Shown in pieces: positions 26,468 through 32,000 of a stretch of 32,000 nt of DNA (within the stretch, counting starts at the first letter, position 1; every line of letters starts with the position of its first letter). The stretch comes from Candidatus Thorarchaeota archaeon (lineage in GTDB: Archaea > Asgardarchaeota > Heimdallarchaeia > Hodarchaeales > Hodarchaeaceae): NCBI GenBank assembly GCA_048882505.1, contig JBHLRO010000002.1, forward strand, positions 240,001-272,000. Direction: 5' to 3'. Under the pieces are notes generated by a model. It saw nothing but the letters and a program-made list of their open reading frames with translations, did no database searches and was not told where the DNA came from. The position numbers were made by a program, and so were the translations under genes.

Positions 26468-27826
26468 TTGGAGGAAAACAGTGTGAGCTATGTAGAAAAA
26501 GCCTTTTGGGACTATTTAAAATCAACCATCTTCGGTGGAATCCGTATTCTCTTATCACGTAGATTAATCTTATTTTCAATTGTACTATTCATCACTTCCC
26601 TGATTACAACGGGAGTCATTATGTTCCAAGACCAAGATTCCACAATTTTAACCCCCGAAGTACTAGAATTCATTGTTTCTTTTCAGATTAGTATCGTCAT
26701 TGGGTTCCTTCTGGCAGGATTGTTCTCAAAGAAACTCAGTACCTCAATCAGGTTTGCTTTATTAATAGTCGTCGTAATTATTGCTCAGGCCCTTTTTTTC
26801 CTGACAGAACAGATGAATGAGCTGCAACCAATTTCAAATGCGTTCCTACAATTCATTCCATTGATAACCTTTTTCAGTTGGACTCTTCTGATTCCATTGG
26901 CGTCTTTTGCATTTGCTAAGGGATTATTTGCCAATAAAATCACTGGCAGCATCCTATTCCTTGGTAAACCAAGTTCAGATCGTAAATCCATTTTTTCTGG
27001 AATAATGACTCTTATAGCGGTTCTTTCTATCTTTTGGAATGTAATCATGCTAGGGATTGGGATTGACCAGGCGCGGCTTAGCTACATCGGTTTAGGAATT
27101 ATTGGGCTTGGATTAGCAGTTTTGGTTATCCTGGTTGTCCAAGGATTTATTACCGGGGATGATGTTTTCAATACGTCCCTCGGGTTCTTTTTCCTGGTGA
27201 GCCTACCTAATCAAATTATGATCTTTCTTACCTCCGTTAGTGGGTCAGAAAACATTGTAACCAGTTTCGATTATTTCATGGTAATTTTTTCCTTGGTTTA
27301 CAGTGCCCAGAACATCTCTAGACGTATCAAAATGAAAGGGAGCGAGACAACGGATCCAAAAACCGAGGATCCATTTCGTATTGGACGATTCATTGGATTT
27401 GTAGGCGGCGAAGGTGTTGTCTTAATCTATTTGGGATTAGCCCTCGGATTTCAACTTGTCCAGCTTCAAGTTTTGAGTGGAATGGCAACTGCATGGACCG
27501 ACCTTTTCGGAGGTCTCGCTAGCTTTTCTGAAATCTATCACGATCTAACAATGGCTAGCATGGTATTTATCCTCCTTATTGTGATCCTTATCTACAAGAT
27601 TCAACGTGGTAAAGGTTATTGGGAGGTCGATATATATCGTTTTGACTTTTTACCCCCCTACGAAGATCTTGTGAGCTACATGGAGAAAATCAAATCAGGA
27701 GAAATCTCTAAAACAGATATTGCCGTAAGTGTGGGAAGAAAAGCAGTTGAGGGAATTGGTGTCTTATCCGCTGCTAGGAAATTTCGTGATACGGTATTTG
27801 GCAGGAAGAAAGACTCTGGCCGCTAA
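26468..27826 (+). CDS. Multi-pass membrane protein (~10-11 TM), function unknown
   Basis: Repeated hydrophobic helices, hydrophilic C-terminal tail; TTG start. Confidence 0.8.
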   Translation: MEENSVSYVEKAFWDYLKSTIFGGIRILLSRRLILFSIVLFITSLITTGVIMFQDQDSTILTPEVLEFIVSFQISIVIGFLLAGLFSKKLSTSIRFALLIVVVIIAQALFFLTEQMNELQPISNAFLQFIPLITFFSWTLLIPLASFAFAKGLFANKITGSILFLGKPSSDRKSIFSGIMTLIAVLSIFWNVIMLGIGIDQARLSYIGLGIIGLGLAVLVILVVQGFITGDDVFNTSLGFFFLVSLPNQIMIFLTSVSGSENIVTSFDYFMVIFSLVYSAQNISRRIKMKGSETTDPKTEDPFRIGRFIGFVGGEGVVLIYLGLALGFQLVQLQVLSGMATAWTDLFGGLASFSEIYHDLTMASMVFILLIVILIYKIQRGKGYWEVDIYRFDFLPPYEDLVSYMEKIKSGEISKTDIAVSVGRKAVEGIGVLSAARKFRDTVFGRKKDSGR

Positions 27827-27851
27827 TTTCATAGGAATGAATCCTCTTTCA

Positions 27852-28655
27852 CTAGTTGGTTTTACAGCTGCCTTTTGATAGAACGTTATGTTTATGAATT
27901 GATTCCTGTGAGACGGTTTTTGCTCTAATTTCGAGAGCTCTATCCGCAAATTGGGTAGAAACAAGTTCCAACAGGTTACGAGTAACATCCTCGACAAACA
28001 AGGGATTTTTCCACATCTCATTCACAACCCATTGTTCATCTTCTGCCTTGAGGAGGGAATAGGTTGGCGCCGAAAAACTTTGGTCCAGTAATTTAGACAG
28101 ATCTTCCATATCTGGAATATCTGCTGTCTTACCTCGTAGTTGAACTTCGGCATACGCCCGCTGAATATGAGTGTGGTGGGTTGTACTCTGAGACAAGGCA
28201 TGCGGACAGAGAGTACTTCCATACGTCCCAAGGGTCAATTCATGCCATATATTACCTTGATTCCACCAAGTTGTCAAAGTAGCGTTATAATGCTCAATGG
28301 ATTCTAGTTTTGAAACAGGTGTTATACGAGTAGAGAAGAAAACAAACTCAAGACGGATTGATCCATTTTCAAACGGATGTCGTTTGTTCAATCTTTCAAG
28401 TACTTGTACGGACATTTTTTCTAAGGAATAGTATGTTTGAGTCTCACTCGCCAAAATTTCAGAGATACTTTCGACAATGCGTGACATATGTGCACCTTTA
28501 CGGTGAGGGGGAAGATCAATGACTACACTGGCAGTAACAGTGTAGTGATAGACTTTGGTTCCCCTCGTAATCGAAATTTGCGTCTGAAAATCCGTAATTC
28601 CTACCTCGTCTAACGAAAGCTGGATAGCAGGGAGTTGATCTTGAGTTTCCGTCAT
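27852..28655 (-). CDS. folE2: GTP cyclohydrolase I, FolE2/MptA family (T-fold)
   Basis: LDEVGI, DLPPHRKGAHMSRIVE, STLCPHA, HIQRA, LLKAEDE..V..NPLFVEDVTR, ESIHKHN. FolE2 versus MptA cannot be resolved by eye. Confidence 0.9.
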   Translation of the reverse strand: MTETQDQLPAIQLSLDEVGITDFQTQISITRGTKVYHYTVTASVVIDLPPHRKGAHMSRIVESISEILASETQTYYSLEKMSVQVLERLNKRHPFENGSIRLEFVFFSTRITPVSKLESIEHYNATLTTWWNQGNIWHELTLGTYGSTLCPHALSQSTTHHTHIQRAYAEVQLRGKTADIPDMEDLSKLLDQSFSAPTYSLLKAEDEQWVVNEMWKNPLFVEDVTRNLLELVSTQFADRALEIRAKTVSQESIHKHNVLSKGSCKTN

Positions 28656-29159
28656 TTGAATCCGATCATTGCATGTTAATTATCTTAAGTCACATAAGGG
28701 GGCAGCCATAAGGTTGTCACGCGATCTTATTTAGTGAACCTACTCGAAAAGAAAATATCCTGTATTAGGAGGAAAGAATATAGCTGTCCCCACTGACGCC
28801 AAAATTGAGAGCACTAACCAGTAAACATTGGAATCTACTGGTTGGAATAGAATCTGAAATAATTGTGAAAGAACTTTGCCAATTTAGGTGACATTATTTG
28901 GAGGGAGTTTCAATACATTTATGAATTCAACTAGTTGCCAAACAAAAAAGATAGGCGAATCCCTCCCCCAACCTCGATTCCTAATTGATGTGTGGTTTAG
29001 ACCAAATCGAATCGCACCGATGAGCTTCTGAGCATAACCTAGATGTTTTTGCATTATTCTTAGAAGTAAAACGGGACGATGCAATATTTATCCACAATTC
29101 AAATAGAGGGTTTCTTTGAAATCCTAAAATGGTCCTTCAATCGGAATTTAATCAGATCA

Positions 29160-30875
29160 ATGGATAAGAAAATGTCTCCCCCACGAGTAATCACGGTTTA
29201 TTCCCGAACTCCCAGATGTGGGAAAAAAACAATCGCCATAAACACATTCTTGGCTTATACCAAGCTGAAACCGGGACTTAGGGTTCTTATTGTTGATTTT
29301 TCTGCCACAGAGGAACTTCAATATAGCCTGCAGAGTTATGGCAAATCACCATTTACTAGCAGTGACTTTATTTCTGAGATCCCAGAAGATACCCTTGTAA
29401 GAGAGGCCCTCGTTGTAAGTGAAGATCCAGACAGGGATAGTTTCGTTCGCGTTCTCCCGTCTTTCGGATGCCCAACTCCTGCAAAATCACTTCTTGAACA
29501 GGTAAAATACCGGATCAACGCTTTGTTTTTCAAAGATACTATCGATATGCTTGTATTTATTGTCCCAGTAGATTTGGAAGAAAGCAGTATCACTATGGCC
29601 ACCATTCTTCAGAGTGATGTGGTGTGGATTATTTCTACAGAAAAAAGCCCTAGCCTGAAAATGACCCGATCAACTATTCAGAACTTTTTGGCATTCTTAA
29701 CGGTTCCTACTTTCCTTATTGTAAATATGGCCAACCCTCCCGTTGTTCTAGGACAATATGAGAAGAAAATAGAGGAATTGCGGGGAAAACTTCGACATCC
29801 TATATTTTATTATATTCCTTGGCTACCAGATCTCAATATGTTCTCTGATGATGGCATTTTTAGCATTGAAAAACCCCACTCCCCCGTTAATTCCATTTTT
29901 CATGACTTTGCTAGGCTGTTCCATAATTTTGCTGAAACTGAACGATATGAACCGGTCTCCTTTGAAGATCAGACAGAAGCACCTCCCAACGCAATATTTG
30001 TTACAGATCGCAGATCAGGCGAATCCATGTTTTATTACTTCTTTGGAAAACCTGCAGACGAAATGAAGCAACCTGCACTAATTACGGCTGCCTTGAACAG
30101 CATTGCACTGATGGTATCAGAAACAGCTGGGCGTCGTGGTGAATGGGATTTACGAAGCATTGATAATGGTAGTACGAAGATTATTTTGCGGAAAGGAAAT
30201 CGGGTGGTTGGAATTCTTTACAGTCCAGTTGAAACAGAGACCCTAAGTAATCTCTTGAGCCAATTTGTCTACCAGTTTGAGGATCAATTTGAAAGCGCAA
30301 TAAACGACTTCTCTAAGACGGGCCGAATTGGAGGGTTTGCTCAGGCAAAAGAACTGGTGAAGAAGGTCTTTAAACCGTACATTTTCGATATAGATACAGT
30401 AAAAGACGACTTACGCCAAAAATTGTTAGCGTACGCGACAGAGACAAATCGATTAAACGAAAATCCGGAGGAAATTTTTCGCCAATATGCAAAAGAGAAC
30501 ATTTCAGATCCAAAAACAAAGGAACTTTTATTATACGAGTTCACTACACCCCACAATCCTCGTCATAAATTTCTCTTAGATCTTAACATTAATCCCCGTT
30601 CTTTGGCCAAACAACTGGAAGAAGAGACTGGTAAACCTTTATGTGAGTGTACGCTCCCCCCTCGTTATGTTCAAATACAGCGATTTGATGCATTGGGGAT
30701 ACTCGATCTTCCTGAGGAATTGCGACCCACTGCCCGAGCGCTTTTCATTTCCGATGTTCTTTCTCCAGAGACTGCAGCTAAAATTACGAAGAGAGAACAG
30801 GAATTTGAACATCAATCTTTAGAAGCGTTACGAAAACTGGGGTACGTGAAACGAATCTCGCCAACTCAGTCTTAA
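29160..30875 (+). CDS. Degenerate MinD/ParA-fold ATPase fused to a longin-like domain and a C-terminal wHTH-like region
   Basis: Likely start is ATG at 29160 (the ORF track starts at 29079). MinD pattern: VITVYSRTPRCGKKTIAIN, RVLIVDFS, SDVVWII, LIVNM, YIPW...PHSPVNSIFHDFARL. Then longin-like AIFVTDRRSGESMFYYFF...LITAALNSI...LRSIDNG..KIIL...FVYQFEDQF. C-terminal SLEALRKLGYVKR. Confidence 0.75.
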   Translation: MDKKMSPPRVITVYSRTPRCGKKTIAINTFLAYTKLKPGLRVLIVDFSATEELQYSLQSYGKSPFTSSDFISEIPEDTLVREALVVSEDPDRDSFVRVLPSFGCPTPAKSLLEQVKYRINALFFKDTIDMLVFIVPVDLEESSITMATILQSDVVWIISTEKSPSLKMTRSTIQNFLAFLTVPTFLIVNMANPPVVLGQYEKKIEELRGKLRHPIFYYIPWLPDLNMFSDDGIFSIEKPHSPVNSIFHDFARLFHNFAETERYEPVSFEDQTEAPPNAIFVTDRRSGESMFYYFFGKPADEMKQPALITAALNSIALMVSETAGRRGEWDLRSIDNGSTKIILRKGNRVVGILYSPVETETLSNLLSQFVYQFEDQFESAINDFSKTGRIGGFAQAKELVKKVFKPYIFDIDTVKDDLRQKLLAYATETNRLNENPEEIFRQYAKENISDPKTKELLLYEFTTPHNPRHKFLLDLNINPRSLAKQLEEETGKPLCECTLPPRYVQIQRFDALGILDLPEELRPTARALFISDVLSPETAAKITKREQEFEHQSLEALRKLGYVKRISPTQS

Positions 30876-31197
30876 AAAGCTAGAAATATGATCCGCTAAA
30901 GCCAAAGAACCATGTATTCCGCCCCTAGGCCGTAATTCCAAGAATTTCCACCAAATCTGCAAAATATTATAAATCTACTAGATAATTTGCTATAAAGCCC
31001 AAAATGAAAGGAAAACAGACTCTACTTGGGCATTCCGCCATTTGAGAAGAAAAAAACTCCTAAAAATCACCTCTCTTTGATATACGGTGTGCAGTTGAGT
31101 GGAACGTACTTTTGGTAACACGTTATCAATTTTTCCAAGAATTCATGCCGAAAAATCGGTATTATAATTAAAAGGATAAACAAGCAGGTATAAGAAA

Positions 31198-31737
31198 ATG
31201 AGCGATGATAGACGATTATGGAAAATAGTGCTCGTGGGAGACGGAGCAGTTGGTAAAACCTCACTCCGAAAACGCTATTTAGGAGAAGGTTTCGAATCGG
31301 ATTACCTCTCGACCATGGGCGCCGATTTTGCTCTCTATGACACGACAATCGGGGCTACAGAAATTCGTTGGCAAATCTGGGACTTAGCAGGTCAGCCGGT
31401 CTTTGCTGATGTCGTCAAGGCCTATTATACTAAGATTTTCGGTGGAGTCTTAGTTTACGATGTCACCCGACGCCACACGTTCAAGAACAGCGAAAATTGG
31501 TTGAATGACCTCTGGACGAATTCCGGACGTGAACGAAAAGTCCCCGTGGTTCTCCTCGGGAACAAGATCGATCTCCGTGATGAAGAGGGTGCAGAAGCTA
31601 CATCCACTGATGAAGGGCAAGTCCTTGCAGATCGATTAGGTGTTCCCTTGATCGAAACTTCTGCAAAATCGGGAGCGGGCGTTCAGGCCGCCTTTGAAGA
31701 ATTAGGAAAGGCCATATTGAAGTATACTTCCGAATAG
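31198..31737 (+). CDS. Rab-like small GTPase (Ras superfamily)
   Basis: G1 GDGAVGKT, G2 YLSTMGADF, G3 WDLAGQ, VYDVT, G4 NKID, G5 ETSAK; no C-terminal cysteine motif. Confidence 0.93.
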   Translation: MSDDRRLWKIVLVGDGAVGKTSLRKRYLGEGFESDYLSTMGADFALYDTTIGATEIRWQIWDLAGQPVFADVVKAYYTKIFGGVLVYDVTRRHTFKNSENWLNDLWTNSGRERKVPVVLLGNKIDLRDEEGAEATSTDEGQVLADRLGVPLIETSAKSGAGVQAAFEELGKAILKYTSE

Positions 31738-31799
31738 ACGTTCCGCACATCAAGTCTCCACCTGCCTCTTTCCAACAAACATTATTGATTTAGGAAGAA

Positions 31800-32000
31800 T
31801 CATTCACGGCTGTAAAGATCTTTCAATTCTTTTGGAGTATAGAGAACTTCTTTTGCTTGCCGAGATTTTTCGACCAGGTCTCTTTTAAATAACTGATTTA
31901 AATGATCACTGATTGTACTCCGCTTTCTCCCCCGTAGATTCGCCAATTGATTGGCCGTCATCGCCTGGTTAGAGTCGACTAGTGTCTGATAGGTTTCCTT
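31800..32000 (-). CDS. C-terminal fragment of a winged-helix (ArsR-like HTH) protein, 5'-truncated by the window edge
   Basis: Not in the ORF track. Hand translation: KETYQTLVDSNQAMTANQLANLRGRKRSTISDHLNQLFKRDLVEKSRQAKEVLYTPKELKDLYSRE*, with stop TGA at 31800-31802. Confidence 0.75.
   Translation of the reverse strand, partial: KETYQTLVDSNQAMTANQLANLRGRKRSTISDHLNQLFKRDLVEKSRQAKEVLYTPKELKDLYSRE

Noticed and set aside
21330-31348. Remaining short ORFs (e.g. 21330, 21478, 22233, 22951, 23200, 24023, 24036, 24419, 24747, 26289, 26785, 27764, 28022, 28884, 29336, 29848, 30341, 31067)
   Set aside because: They are shadows of supported genes or lack motifs; 28884-29084 and 31067-31348 overlap the starts of real genes on the opposite strand.
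1-32000. tRNA, rRNA, CRISPR array, selenoprotein/SECIS
   Set aside because: By eye I found no T-loop/cloverleaf in proper context, no regularly spaced repeats and no in-frame TGA joining two homologous segments. A tRNAscan-SE/cmscan run would be needed to be certain.

Overview
Archaeal genomic DNA, AT-rich and densely coding, very probably from an Asgard archaeon (Heimdallarchaeia/Hodarchaeales-like is my inference). It combines archaeal housekeeping genes (archaeosine synthase ArcS, GTP cyclohydrolase FolE2/MptA, a class I aminotransferase, Nudix and MazG hydrolases, a DUF4129-MoxR-DUF58 operon) with many eukaryote-signature-type proteins: a Rab-like small GTPase, a Roadblock/LC7 protein and three longin-like domains. 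Two edge genes are missing from the ORF track: ArcS (<1..1561, minus) and a winged-helix C-terminus (31800..>32000, minus). The main hunt results are: (i) an FtsZ-fold protein that has lost its GTP-binding loop, fused to a longin-like domain; (ii) a MinD-fold protein with a broken Walker A, fused to a longin-like domain and lying next to the Rab-like GTPase gene; (iii) a single-chain membrane receptor with extracellular beta-sandwich repeats and a cytoplasmic HEPN-like (RxxxxH) domain; (iv) a possible Asgard homologue of eukaryotic C1orf109/AIRIM. All domain calls come from by-eye motif comparison with families I recall, not from searches. I found no rRNA, tRNA, CRISPR array or transposase.
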